Virus record (IMG/VR): IMGVR_UViG_3300040801_002290
Coordinates: 96,001 to 160,000 of that record
Direction: 5' to 3' (one strand)
Length of the DNA: 64,000 bases
Source of the DNA: a virus
The notes under the pieces were generated by a model. It searched no databases. It was given only the letters and a program-made list of their open reading frames with translations, and was not told where the DNA came from. Shown one piece after another: positions 9,257 to 19,124 of this stretch. Position numbers and translations under genes: made by a program. Positions within the stretch are counted from its first letter, which is position 1; the number at the start of each line of letters is the position of its first letter.

Positions 9257-9294
9257 CTCCTCTGTAGAGGAGGGGGGAGGGTTACTCCCCCCTC
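9257..9294 (-). promoter_or_regulatory. Overlapping RNA hairpins between capsid and Ig genes
   Basis: GAGGGGGGAG-TAACC-CTCCCCCCTC (10-bp stem, no U tail) overlaps CTCCTC-TACA-GAGGAG, which contains the Ig gene SD. Confidence 0.6.
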
Positions 9295-9298
9295 TTCA

Positions 9299-10714
9299 TT
9301 AGATTACGTTTTCCTGCGCTACGTTAACGATTAGGAAGTTAAATTCCGGGGCGCGTGAGAACAAGGAGGATACGTGGCGGATAGCGAAGTCGCGGTTTAG
9401 GGTCTGGGGTAGCGGAACCTGCTCAAGCGGAATCCACTGTGCAAGCATGGTGGTCATAAGGTCTACACCAACTACGAATCCAGTTCCGGGGACCTTGCGG
9501 TAAGTAAAGGTACCGTAAGCTGAAACAAGGGTCTCGTGTCCGTCGTCAACTACGTTGACAGTTCCACCAGCGTATACAGGAACCTTCTTGAGGAACTTGA
9601 AGTCGCCGCCAGCGTCGGAACGGTAAACAATTAGCCACTTGGCACCGGCAGGAACAGTTGCTACAGCAAGCTGAATCTGCTGTCCAGCAGTTGGGGTTAC
9701 GGGTGCGCCAGCTTCTACGGCTTCGGACTCTCCGTTGAAGTTAGCTGCCTTTACCATGTAGTTATACTCGATTGCCTCAAGACCGGCGTTTCCAGCAGCG
9801 TTGGCCTGAGCGGTCAAGGTTACTGCGGAAGGTGCGGCTGGACGTGCGAATTCTCCACCAGTGTTACCGAAGCCCTGGTCAGTGAACTTGTGCCAGTCAC
9901 CAAGGAAACGGTCGGTTACTAGCTCGGTCTCACCGTAAGCAGAGATGTAGGTCTGGGCATCGGTTCCGAGTACGCCAGCTACGCGGTCTGCCTGGGTGGT
10001 ACGAGCAATCTGGTAGAAGCTCTGCTGTAGGTTAATCTTGTCAACAGGTGACATCATAACTACGTTCGGGCGAGCAAGTCCCTGGGTTAGGTAGACCTTG
10101 TTCTCTGCGGCCCATAGAGCGTTTAGAGAAAGCGGGCGTCCACCCAAGTCAGTTACGTTCTGCGGGGCACCGCGCTTGACGATGTTCTCAAGGCCGTCGA
10201 ACTGTAGGTTCTGCGGGCTGGAGAAATCGGTTGAACCGAAGCGGCGGTCTCCGTGGAAGAGTAGGTACTCGGTTTCTTCCATGACGGCAACCATCTTTTC
10301 GGTGCGGGCGGTCTGCTCGGCGGTCTGAACACCGGCACGGGTGGTGGCAACAGCCAATTCCGTGATGGTGATGCGGTGTCCGAGTAGGGTAGGTAGGGTG
10401 CGCCTACGGGCTACTTCTACTTCGACGGTACGAGGAACGCCACCGTCGCGGTATGCGGCGTAACCAATCTTGTCCTGACGGCTGGTTACGACGTTGTACT
10501 CATGCTCGTAAGCAGTGGCCTGAATCTTCTGGAGCCTGTCGTAGAACGGGGTTTCCAAAATGTTTAGACGCTCTAGTTCACCTTCTAGGTCCTGACGCTC
10601 CAAGCTCTGGGCAACCTGGCTGGTTCCGTCAATGGCCTTAAGAACATCTAGGGGCAGATGCTCTAGGTAATCTAGGTGGTCTGCGTAATTTCTCTGAACG
10701 ACTTCTTTAGACAT
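9299..10714 (-). CDS. Major capsid protein precursor
   Basis: 471 aa between protease and neck genes; DVLK|A...LERQDLE and EYLLFHGD...QFDGL resemble K/A511-type capsids; C-ending codon bias. Confidence 0.92.
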   Translation of the reverse strand: MSKEVVQRNYADHLDYLEHLPLDVLKAIDGTSQVAQSLERQDLEGELERLNILETPFYDRLQKIQATAYEHEYNVVTSRQDKIGYAAYRDGGVPRTVEVEVARRRTLPTLLGHRITITELAVATTRAGVQTAEQTARTEKMVAVMEETEYLLFHGDRRFGSTDFSSPQNLQFDGLENIVKRGAPQNVTDLGGRPLSLNALWAAENKVYLTQGLARPNVVMMSPVDKINLQQSFYQIARTTQADRVAGVLGTDAQTYISAYGETELVTDRFLGDWHKFTDQGFGNTGGEFARPAAPSAVTLTAQANAAGNAGLEAIEYNYMVKAANFNGESEAVEAGAPVTPTAGQQIQLAVATVPAGAKWLIVYRSDAGGDFKFLKKVPVYAGGTVNVVDDGHETLVSAYGTFTYRKVPGTGFVVGVDLMTTMLAQWIPLEQVPLPQTLNRDFAIRHVSSLFSRAPEFNFLIVNVAQENVI

Positions 10715-10736
10715 AATCTTCTATATCCTCCTGGAA

Positions 10737-12395
10737 TTATAACTTGCCTTTATCAGCCATCTTGACGAAGTGCTTGAATTCTGGCTCTGAAAGGTTTAGG
10801 GTTTTTTGGGCCTCTTCCACAATGCGGGCGCGTTGCTGAGCATGTGCCCCAGTGTGTCCAATGATTGAGCGGTACTTTTCAGTGAATGACTTAAGTACCG
10901 TCTTGTCGTACTGTCTCTCTTCCCCGTCCTCAGTCACAGCCTTGATAACATCAAGCTTGGCTACCTCTGCGGCTTCTTCACCAGTTACAGAAGCACCTGG
11001 ATGTACTATTCTAGGCGATTCTTTTGAAGATGTCACGCTTTTGGTAACGATAGTGCTTTCTTCGGACAGCTTAGTGACAATACTTGCTGCGATTCTCTCT
11101 TCCATGTCGGCAAAGCCGCTCTGGAAAATAGACTTTAGGGCCTCGCCAAACTGAGTTGCAGAGTCTTCTGAAAGACTTACGGTTAGAGAGTCGAGGGATT
11201 CCTTAATGACCGACTTGATTATATCGGTTGGGGGTTCCGTAGTTACTTGCTCTTCGACAGGAGCTTCTTCCATCATTTCAGTAGCCTGAGAGGAGTCCGT
11301 TAGCTGCATGACCAAATCAATAAGGGTATCAACCTTATCCAATAGCATCTGAACGGAGGCATCCCCGTCTCCTGCCATTGCGTCAACTTCCTGACCTTCC
11401 TCAGAAGTTACTAGGCTGTCTAGCAAACCGCCAGCATCCTCTTCTCCTGCCTCAGCAGCACCTAGTTCTGCCATTTCCTCGGCTCCACCCTCTTCCATAG
11501 CGCCTTCTTCCTCACCAGCGAATGGTGCCTCAGCAGGGGCTTCTTCCATGGGTGCGCCTTCGGCTTCTGGAGCGGCTCCCTGAGCCTCTTCCTCTTCCAC
11601 CGGAGGGGCAGCTTTTAGTACAACTTTAACATCTTCTGCCATAGCGTTTCTAATTTCCTCCTTAACGTTTACATACGATTCGAAAACGTGAGTGGTTCCG
11701 TCCCCACCCTGAACGGTTGATTTTATAACCAACCTATCGTTTTCTTGGTCAAACAGCACGGAATCTGGTGCGATTGTGTGGTACTGAACTTCTTTTGTCT
11801 CCTCTTCATCGACCAGCATACTCTTTAGCACAGACGCCCAAGTCTTTGTGAATGGGTTTACGGGCTCCGGGGTCATAGACACTTCGTAAAGAAGAAGCTC
11901 TGGCAAATAGGTAACGTACTTACCCTTTTTGACATCGTACTCCCTACGAGGACTACCAAGATATTTAGCACCGATGGAGAGGCCGATTTGGTCGGCAAAG
12001 CTTGTGTCCTTGTTAGTAAGGAACTCCTCCCACATCTTTCTTGCCATCGGGTGAGACTTATTGAGAATTCCCTTGATGTATAAACCTTCTGGTCTAATCT
12101 GTGCATCAAGGGGCTTTCCAATTGGGGTCTTTAGACTTAGAATTTCGTCCTTGGAAAATCCGTACTTGCCCAACCAGTCATCATTCTTCTTAGCGTAATC
12201 GTGGTCGAAGTATATCTTTCCGTTGGACTTGAAAAACTCTATGGTCTGGGAGAAACTTTCTGGGTATACAACCTCACCGAATAAATCTACATCGGCGGTA
12301 GAAGCAATGCCTTCAAAGACCCAAGGCTCTTCTTCATTAGCTGAAAAAGATTTGGTAATGTCTACGGGCATGTAAAAATGAAAATTTCTATCCAT
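10737..12395 (-). CDS. Prohead protease fused to acidic scaffold
   Basis: First ~190 aa HK97-type protease (EGIAST..VDLFGEVV, YFDHD, PIG, GLSIG, EVSMTPEPVNP); rest E/A-rich with many xKS sites. Confidence 0.88.
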   Translation of the reverse strand: MDRNFHFYMPVDITKSFSANEEEPWVFEGIASTADVDLFGEVVYPESFSQTIEFFKSNGKIYFDHDYAKKNDDWLGKYGFSKDEILSLKTPIGKPLDAQIRPEGLYIKGILNKSHPMARKMWEEFLTNKDTSFADQIGLSIGAKYLGSPRREYDVKKGKYVTYLPELLLYEVSMTPEPVNPFTKTWASVLKSMLVDEEETKEVQYHTIAPDSVLFDQENDRLVIKSTVQGGDGTTHVFESYVNVKEEIRNAMAEDVKVVLKAAPPVEEEEAQGAAPEAEGAPMEEAPAEAPFAGEEEGAMEEGGAEEMAELGAAEAGEEDAGGLLDSLVTSEEGQEVDAMAGDGDASVQMLLDKVDTLIDLVMQLTDSSQATEMMEEAPVEEQVTTEPPTDIIKSVIKESLDSLTVSLSEDSATQFGEALKSIFQSGFADMEERIAASIVTKLSEESTIVTKSVTSSKESPRIVHPGASVTGEEAAEVAKLDVIKAVTEDGEERQYDKTVLKSFTEKYRSIIGHTGAHAQQRARIVEEAQKTLNLSEPEFKHFVKMADKGKL

Positions 12396-12411
12396 ATATT
12401 CACCAGAGTGT

Positions 12412-12441
12412 ATAGTATCATAAAAAAAGAGGAAAAATCAA
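12412..12441 (-). promoter_or_regulatory. Promoter TTGATT-N18-TACTAT (extended -10)
   Basis: TGA-TACTAT upstream of the protease-capsid operon. Confidence 0.55.
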
Positions 12442-12464
12442 TGTATTTCGTCTGTGTTTATATT

Positions 12465-14558
12465 TTACTTCTGTGGCTGTGAAAAACTCAACCCAGGGAT
12501 AAAATTAGAGGACTTTTGTGCGTTCCCGAAAAACTTTAGAACCTCAACCATGTCTGCTTGTTGTGGTCTGCCGCCTTTTTCTGCCATAAAAAGCCTACCG
12601 TTGTCTTTTCCGCGAAGAAGAGTGATAGACTTAGCTCCGTCTGAGACCTGGAATGCAGAGCCTGGAACAACAGTGTTTACCTGTAGCCCCCTTTCTTTTA
12701 CAAAGTCTGTGAAGTCTGTTAGGAAAGGAGTATCATCCTTATGAATAAAATCCTTAAACCCAAATACTCCTATTTCAGGAGTGGGCTCCTCTGACTCTTC
12801 AAGATTATTTTCGATAACCTTTCTGGCCTCGCGCAAAGCCTTCATTCTAGCCTTTACCGCACTTTCTCTGTCACTCGTCTTCTGAACGAAAACCTCTCCA
12901 ACCTTAGCTCCCTCTGGAGAGAATACCGGCCAGGTTCCACTTGGGTCTGGAGTAAGCTTCCACCCTTCGGGTGAAATGAAGGAGTCTCCAACCTTCTCAA
13001 AACCATGCATTGCTACGGGCTTCTTTATCTCGCTTGGGACCTCTAATTCCTTCTTCGGCTTTTCCTCTGGTCCCTTGGGCTTATGATACAGTTTAAGAGT
13101 TCTGTTCTTGTACATAGCCCGCTGTCTAGACTCATCATCAATGATGTTTCCTATTAGGTCTGGACCTTCACCCTTTTGTCTACCGGTGTTAAGAGAGGCG
13201 TCCTTCCACTTATTCTGAAAAGACCTAGCAGATGGATTTTCTTCATTAAGTAGGGAAAATGCGTGAATACCGTCGATTCTTCCCAGTCTGGCAGCTATCT
13301 CTTTCATGGCCTGGACTTTAGCCTGGGTAGTTCCGTTACTGGCTTTTGCCGCAAAGCGAAGGATTTCTTCCATTTCTTGTTCTATATCAACAGACATTCC
13401 GAGAGTTACTTTTCTCTGGTACACAGAGGAAAACTCAGACTTATGAATGGCATGAAGACCCTTAGACCCGTCACTCAATTCGGAAGCAACCATAGCTCTA
13501 TCCTTCTCTGGAATAGAGTCGTATAGTCTGGCTAGGGTGTGAAGAGCAACTCTGTTTGCACCGGCAGCAGGGGAGTTTTTAAAAGCCTTAAATACACCAT
13601 AAAGAGCGGTGGACTCTTCCCTCGTATATTCATCAGGAAGTTCCTGTGGAATACTTTCTCTGCTCATAGTGCTTTCTGCCATAGGCTTCATCGGAACAAA
13701 GGTTTCTTTGCCGGTGGTAAAGTCTTGATACATCATAGAATACTTAGAGTCCAACATCTCAGATAGCTGAGAAAATGACTCGGTGTTATTCCTCATATTT
13801 TCTCGTAAATTCTTAAGACCCAATATGATGTTCGCATCGAAGAAATATTCTCTTCCATCCGGTCTGTATTCTTTATACCGGTCGTTTAGATGCTTTTTGA
13901 GGGTCGGGTAATTCTCTTCAAGTTCTTTTTCGAGAATTCCCTTTAGGCTGATTTTAGAAGGACTCGCCCCGTCCCTTGCCAACTCCGATGCACGGACCAT
14001 AAGAACATCAAAAGCCTGAATTAGAAACCACTCGACAGAGTTTGGTTTAATGTCATTCTCCTTAATTATTCTCTCTGTGTATCCTTTAAGGTAAGACTCC
14101 CACCCCCTGTCGGGTAAATTCTTTCTGGGTACAGTTGACTCCTTATTGGCTTCGTAAGTTTGCTTTCTTTTTTCATGTAAAACGTGTGAAGGTACACCCT
14201 GCTGCTGGGCTTGATTCTCAAGAGCCTGCTGGTAATACTGCTGGGCGTGCTGATAATATTGTTGCCTTTGCTGGTTGAAGGCTTCTTCATATTGCTTTTG
14301 CAATTCTGGGCTTATTTCTGCCGCCCGCTCAAGCACATCTAGCTGGTCCTCAATCTGGTTAAGTTGGGTCTGGTCAGCAGGGTCAATCTCTACCCCCTGC
14401 TCTAAAAGCCATTCGGCATATTCCTCGGCGGTAACCTGAATAGGGGTTACTTTTCCGTTGATATTTCTGAATATGACGTGCTTACCGGAATCATCTAAAT
14501 AAAACTCATCCGTTGCACGAACAGATTTTAGTATTCTAAGTGACTCTATAATGTTCAT
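12465..14558 (-). CDS. Putative internal head/ejection protein (697 aa)
   Basis: N-terminal MNIIESLRILKS, IFRNINGKVTPI motif, Q-rich coil; in the head module. Confidence 0.6.
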   Translation of the reverse strand: MNIIESLRILKSVRATDEFYLDDSGKHVIFRNINGKVTPIQVTAEEYAEWLLEQGVEIDPADQTQLNQIEDQLDVLERAAEISPELQKQYEEAFNQQRQQYYQHAQQYYQQALENQAQQQGVPSHVLHEKRKQTYEANKESTVPRKNLPDRGWESYLKGYTERIIKENDIKPNSVEWFLIQAFDVLMVRASELARDGASPSKISLKGILEKELEENYPTLKKHLNDRYKEYRPDGREYFFDANIILGLKNLRENMRNNTESFSQLSEMLDSKYSMMYQDFTTGKETFVPMKPMAESTMSRESIPQELPDEYTREESTALYGVFKAFKNSPAAGANRVALHTLARLYDSIPEKDRAMVASELSDGSKGLHAIHKSEFSSVYQRKVTLGMSVDIEQEMEEILRFAAKASNGTTQAKVQAMKEIAARLGRIDGIHAFSLLNEENPSARSFQNKWKDASLNTGRQKGEGPDLIGNIIDDESRQRAMYKNRTLKLYHKPKGPEEKPKKELEVPSEIKKPVAMHGFEKVGDSFISPEGWKLTPDPSGTWPVFSPEGAKVGEVFVQKTSDRESAVKARMKALREARKVIENNLEESEEPTPEIGVFGFKDFIHKDDTPFLTDFTDFVKERGLQVNTVVPGSAFQVSDGAKSITLLRGKDNGRLFMAEKGGRPQQADMVEVLKFFGNAQKSSNFIPGLSFSQPQK

Positions 14559-14827
14559 AGATAATCCAAGTTAGTTGCTGGGAATCCAAACCTCTGTGCC
14601 TCTACTTTCAACTCTTCAATCCATTCGATTAGCTCTGCTTCTTCTAGGGTGGGATATTCTCCCTTTAAGGCATAGAAGGATTGTAGGAAGTCAAAATACT
14701 CGTTGAATAGGGTGCCTTCCGGGTCAGAGATTTCTTTGGGCATGTGATGAGTAACTACGTCAAAGTCTCTTTGCGCGTACAACTCAGTAAGTGTTCTTAA
14801 CGCGAAGCGTCTCTCTTCATCTATCAT
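14555..14827 (-). CDS. Hypothetical acidic protein (90 aa)
   Basis: 4-bp overlaps with both neighbours, indicating translational coupling. Confidence 0.7.
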   Translation of the reverse strand: MIDEERRFALRTLTELYAQRDFDVVTHHMPKEISDPEGTLFNEYFDFLQSFYALKGEYPTLEEAELIEWIEELKVEAQRFGFPATNLDYL

Positions 14828-17800
14828 AGTCGTCCCGCCTCTTCCTCTCTAATCCTCGGTCTGTATTGAGACATTCTCTTCAAGAAGGACATTGCTTCCT
14901 TCTCGTCAATATCATCTTCTTCCTCAGAAGCACCAGTAAGAACAGCGCCCCTGGTCTCAAGCTCCATCTTGCGCTTCTTCTGTTCTACTTCCCTCATATA
15001 TTGACATATACCATCTGGAACTACAACTGTTACCAGATTTTCTTGGCTGGGACTTCTATGGAATCTGCCCTCATACTGACCAGCCTTGGCTGAATTCCAT
15101 GTAGCAAGCCTAAAGCTTCTGGTAGAAGGAAGAGAAAGTCCGTAAAGTCCAGCGGAGGTAACGATAGTAATTACTGGTCTACCAGTTTCTGTCTGGTGCC
15201 TCTTCTGCTTCACGCTAACTTCTTCCGCTGGAGTGTCACCGTCAATAATCTGAATGACTGCCTTATCCCCGTATTTTTCTAGAAGCTTTCTATACACAGC
15301 GTTCATGGCAACCTTTGAGAACCCGGCCACACCAATTTTCGGAGGCTCTCCGGGAACTTGGTTAACAATCTCTGTCTCAATTCCATCTACAATAGAATCA
15401 AGAATTGGAGCATCCCACGAAAATACCGCTCTGTCCATAGCCGCTCTGGATGTTTCACTGAAAACAGCATTGTAGACAGCATTTCTTTCATTTACATCGC
15501 CCGACTTAGGCAAAATTCCTACACCAAATGACTCTTCGGTAACCTGGTTTCTGAATTCAAGCAATTCTTCACGGAATTTTACGTAGTCCTCTGGCTTTAG
15601 AATCTTAGACACTGAGTCCATCAATTCTCTCGCGCCCAAATCGTACTCTATAATTCTGGCTGGGCTCACAGCACCAAGCGAGGCTTGAGTTAGAACACTC
15701 ATTAGACCTAGAGCTTTTCTCATCTTCTTAGCTTCCGCTAGAGCCTGTAGCTTTCTTTCAGCGGCGAGATAAACTTTACCCCAGGTAGAACCCAACTCTG
15801 AGCCTATGTCAGTAGTTCTAGCAAGACCGTACTTATCTCCAGCGATTGTTTGTCCATCCAGAGTATAGATTTGCGGTCTAAACGTAGAAGTAAAGTCATT
15901 CATTCTTCTGACATCCTTCCAGATTCTTCGCCCCAAATCCTTAGATGCTCTAGTTTGCTGAGCATCGTGGTCCTTTTTAGTGTATTCATGCACCACAGTG
16001 TTGTAGTTATCCCTAACCAACTTATTTATAAAGGAAACCTCGGACACCGTATCACTAGCTGAGTTACCAGAAATATCACCGTTAAGGCTCCAGGTCAATC
16101 CTCCACCCTGATAAGTGGACTCAATAATCTCATGCAAAGCAGTATGTCTGGAGGAGCCTGGGTTTACGTATTGGCCCGACTCATCTATTACTATAGCGGA
16201 GACATGTCCCCCAGCTACGGGCTTTTCTCTATAAGAGCCCCCCAAGGCAAGAAGCTTCATGTACTGAGCATCTAACCCTAGCAAGTCTTCTTCCTCACCG
16301 GAGGTGTATCTGAACTTGGAGCTACCCAAAACAATCATGTTGGGTAGGTTACCAGTCTGGGCTCTGCTAATCAAATCTTCCCACTGGGCGGTGCGGGTCT
16401 CTCTGTCTCCATCAATGACAATAGCGTCTTCGTTTCTGAATTTAGCAATTTCGGACTGCCAAACATAAACATTCTTGTTTGGAGCAGTAACAATGGTTAC
16501 TTGCTCTCCAACCTTGAATCTACCTCTGTTTCTCATAATGGCGTCAGCGGCAGTTACGATAGCTGTCTTTCCAAGTCCGTAGGTAAAGTTTAGAAACTGA
16601 CCATGCCAACCCTGTGGTCCACCATAAATCTCATACTGAGACTCTTCGGTAAGTGCAAGTATTCCTGGACGCTGATAGTCAAACGGCTCCATAACGAAGT
16701 TTGCATAAAGTCCGTGCAAGTCATCCAGGGGAATCTTACCGGCCTCTTTTGAGATTTCATGTCGCCCGGTAACTTCGTTATACTCAGCCGTCATTGCCTT
16801 TATCTTCTTCATGTTCTCAGCGGCTAGTTTATACTTCTCTACGTACTCGGCACTTCTAGCCAGGTCCAGAGTCAGGCGTGTAGATGACATCTGATTAATC
16901 TCCATGTTGCCCTGGCCCGGAAGTGAAAACTTAAATCCGGAGGAAACATCTAAATTCTTTTCCGTCTGAACTACTCCACTCTCAAGACCTGTGATTAACT
17001 GAGGTGTCAACCCCGTGATAGAGGCATACATTTCTCTATCTGATTCATCAATGCCTAGGGTATCAAAAACATACCAAGAAAGTTTCTCGTACCCCTCGAT
17101 GGGCGGTGGCCAGTTCTCTGAGAGTAGTGCATACCCCGTAGTTGGAGAATACATAATTCTTCCGGGGGAAAGCGAGGTAGGTGTTGGGGCTTCTGGAACA
17201 ATTTCTTCTTCCCGTGGTTTCATTACCTCAGAAAGACGCTTACCAGATTGAGGCTTGAAATCAGTGTAATAGTACTCGCCTTCTTTTCTCTCTTCGTAAA
17301 CCTTCTCGTCTGCTCCGGGGTGGTATTCCTGAACATACATGTCCATATTTTCTTTGTCGGATTGGCGTTCTTCCGGAGACATATTTTCATAGGGGTTTTC
17401 TACTAAAGTCCAATCGGCATCTTCTTTGTCGATATTAGCGTTTATCCAACCACCAGCGGCGATAGTCCTTCCGTCTGTATGGACGGCTATATACCCTGTA
17501 GGCACACGCCTCACGATTCTTTCGCCCTGAGCATTATTATAAATATCACTAGCGGACTTGGTTACAAGAAAACCTAAGTCTAAAAGATTAATGGATTTAT
17601 GGGTTTCGTTGACAAAGCGGCAGTTATACCCCTTCCAAGAAAGAATCTCTGGCAATGCCTCTAAAAACTCTATTGTGTTCGGATAGACAACCAAAACACC
17701 ATCAGCAAAGAAGTTGGGACCAAAGCGGCCCGGAGCAAGAATGTACGCTTCGGTTGACATTAACCGCTCTATATGCTGCTTCATCTTTACATTGTCGCTA

Positions 17801-17901
17801 TAGACAGAGGTAGTAACAGTACCATCCATCTGATTGTATGGAACAATCTCGGCGGTACTCTTATCCATTGAATCGTTTATTAGGCTGACTTTATAGTACA
17901 T
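14824..17901 (-). CDS. SNF2/SWI2-family helicase-like protein, probably virion-associated
   Basis: FTYGLGKT (Walker A), VTAPNKNVYVWQSEIAKF (Ia), IVIDESG (II), IIDGDTP, TSAGLYGLSL (V), QYEGRFHR (VI). Confidence 0.8.
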   Translation of the reverse strand: MYYKVSLINDSMDKSTAEIVPYNQMDGTVTTSVYSDNVKMKQHIERLMSTEAYILAPGRFGPNFFADGVLVVYPNTIEFLEALPEILSWKGYNCRFVNETHKSINLLDLGFLVTKSASDIYNNAQGERIVRRVPTGYIAVHTDGRTIAAGGWINANIDKEDADWTLVENPYENMSPEERQSDKENMDMYVQEYHPGADEKVYEERKEGEYYYTDFKPQSGKRLSEVMKPREEEIVPEAPTPTSLSPGRIMYSPTTGYALLSENWPPPIEGYEKLSWYVFDTLGIDESDREMYASITGLTPQLITGLESGVVQTEKNLDVSSGFKFSLPGQGNMEINQMSSTRLTLDLARSAEYVEKYKLAAENMKKIKAMTAEYNEVTGRHEISKEAGKIPLDDLHGLYANFVMEPFDYQRPGILALTEESQYEIYGGPQGWHGQFLNFTYGLGKTAIVTAADAIMRNRGRFKVGEQVTIVTAPNKNVYVWQSEIAKFRNEDAIVIDGDRETRTAQWEDLISRAQTGNLPNMIVLGSSKFRYTSGEEEDLLGLDAQYMKLLALGGSYREKPVAGGHVSAIVIDESGQYVNPGSSRHTALHEIIESTYQGGGLTWSLNGDISGNSASDTVSEVSFINKLVRDNYNTVVHEYTKKDHDAQQTRASKDLGRRIWKDVRRMNDFTSTFRPQIYTLDGQTIAGDKYGLARTTDIGSELGSTWGKVYLAAERKLQALAEAKKMRKALGLMSVLTQASLGAVSPARIIEYDLGARELMDSVSKILKPEDYVKFREELLEFRNQVTEESFGVGILPKSGDVNERNAVYNAVFSETSRAAMDRAVFSWDAPILDSIVDGIETEIVNQVPGEPPKIGVAGFSKVAMNAVYRKLLEKYGDKAVIQIIDGDTPAEEVSVKQKRHQTETGRPVITIVTSAGLYGLSLPSTRSFRLATWNSAKAGQYEGRFHRSPSQENLVTVVVPDGICQYMREVEQKKRKMELETRGAVLTGASEEEDDIDEKEAMSFLKRMSQYRPRIREEEAGRL

Positions 17902-18784
17902 GTCCGTAGTCCTTAAGTATACCTTCGATTAGGTCCAACTTCTCAGGAAAAGCTCTTTCAAGATACTTTTGATTGGTGAAGTAAAGAGCGAATAACTCAG
18001 CGAAGTCATCCATTGGTGTGAACTTACTAGCCTCGGTCTTTACCCTTTTCCCCAGACCGCGCTTCCAAACAGTCTCTTCGTTTACGTACTCAAGATAACC
18101 AGCCTGAGTGTTCTCATTAGATTCATGCTTAGACCAACCACTGAATTCTAGTAAAGAGCCTAACTGCTTTATCTTACCATCATGCATGAGTCTTGCAAAC
18201 ATTAGGTGTCCAAGGGAATGAAAAACAGAGTAAGCTGCAACACTAAGTCCCTGGTCTAGCCCTGGAATTTTCCCTATTAGAGGGGCAGAGACATACTTAT
18301 AAAAACTAGGGTAGACTATCAGCTTTCCGGTAAATCCGTTTCCGGAGGTGTACTGAGCCTTGATTACGGTTTCTCCGTAAATAGACAAAGCATCCTGTTC
18401 TTCCCTAGTACCAGCATCCACATAAGATAGACCCAAAGACTTTATGAAACTATCTCTTCCATCAAGAACATCTACCAAGACGGCTGATGAATATTTAGGA
18501 ACATTGGAGTTGATGTGAACCCCGGAAATTTCTGGAGTCCAAGCTTCCAGCCTCTTCTCGTCAACATTTCCTGCATCATCATAAATAGGTAGTTTTTTAG
18601 ACACAAGTCCAGCATTGTCAGCCTGAGCCAAAGAAAGGCTTGACAATTCGTCCATTGTAGGGGCGAACTGACCACCACGGTACACACCGCCGCCCGGTGT
18701 GGGGTCTCCAGGCATAATAGGAGAACCTGGTTCTCCAATTCTGGTTCTAAGAAGCCTTTTGTCAATTTTACCAGTTTCAGGCAT
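17891..18784 (-). CDS. Zincin-like protein with degenerate HSLGH motif
   Basis: VFHSLGHL and downstream DDFAELFALY; N-terminal GGVYRGGQFAP; start moved to ATG 18784 (SD GGAG). Confidence 0.6.
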   Translation of the reverse strand: MPETGKIDKRLLRTRIGEPGSPIMPGDPTPGGGVYRGGQFAPTMDELSSLSLAQADNAGLVSKKLPIYDDAGNVDEKRLEAWTPEISGVHINSNVPKYSSAVLVDVLDGRDSFIKSLGLSYVDAGTREEQDALSIYGETVIKAQYTSGNGFTGKLIVYPSFYKYVSAPLIGKIPGLDQGLSVAAYSVFHSLGHLMFARLMHDGKIKQLGSLLEFSGWSKHESNENTQAGYLEYVNEETVWKRGLGKRVKTEASKFTPMDDFAELFALYFTNQKYLERAFPEKLDLIEGILKDYGHVL

Positions 18785-19124
18785 CTTTATCTCCAAAGCT
18801 GGAAAGAACGTCGTATAGAGTTTTCTCTGCGTTTGGAATCTTCATATTCACAGAGGAAATCTTTTCCTGAAAGTATTTAGCTAAGGACTTTGCGTCGTTG
18901 TCATTGTACACCCTGACATCTCCAAGCCCTAGGTTAGAAAATAATAAATTCTTAGAACCGTCGATTATATCGTCCAGAGAAAAGTTATGAAGAATAGGAG
19001 TGTACCCATCGCTCTTTCTGAGTACATAGGTAACCTCTCCGTCTGAAACGTAAATTTCCTTAAGCTCAAACTTATTGTCTTGATTATACATAACACGAGA
19101 AGATATCTTTAGCATTTCATTCAC
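18777..19124 (-). CDS. Hypothetical protein (about 112-115 aa)
   Basis: Overlaps both neighbours; likely start is ATG 19115. Confidence 0.65.
   Translation of the reverse strand: MNEMLKISSRVMYNQDNKFELKEIYVSDGEVTYVLRKSDGYTPILHNFSLDDIIDGSKNLLFSNLGLGDVRVYNDNDAKSLAKYFQEKISSVNMKIPNAEKTLYDVLSSFGDKDA

Noticed and set aside
9252-9310. Frameshift or readthrough fusing the capsid to the Ig protein (T7 10B style)
   Set aside because: Capsid ends TAA TGA; the Ig frame has a TAA about 12 nt after the capsid stop, and the Ig gene has its own SD.
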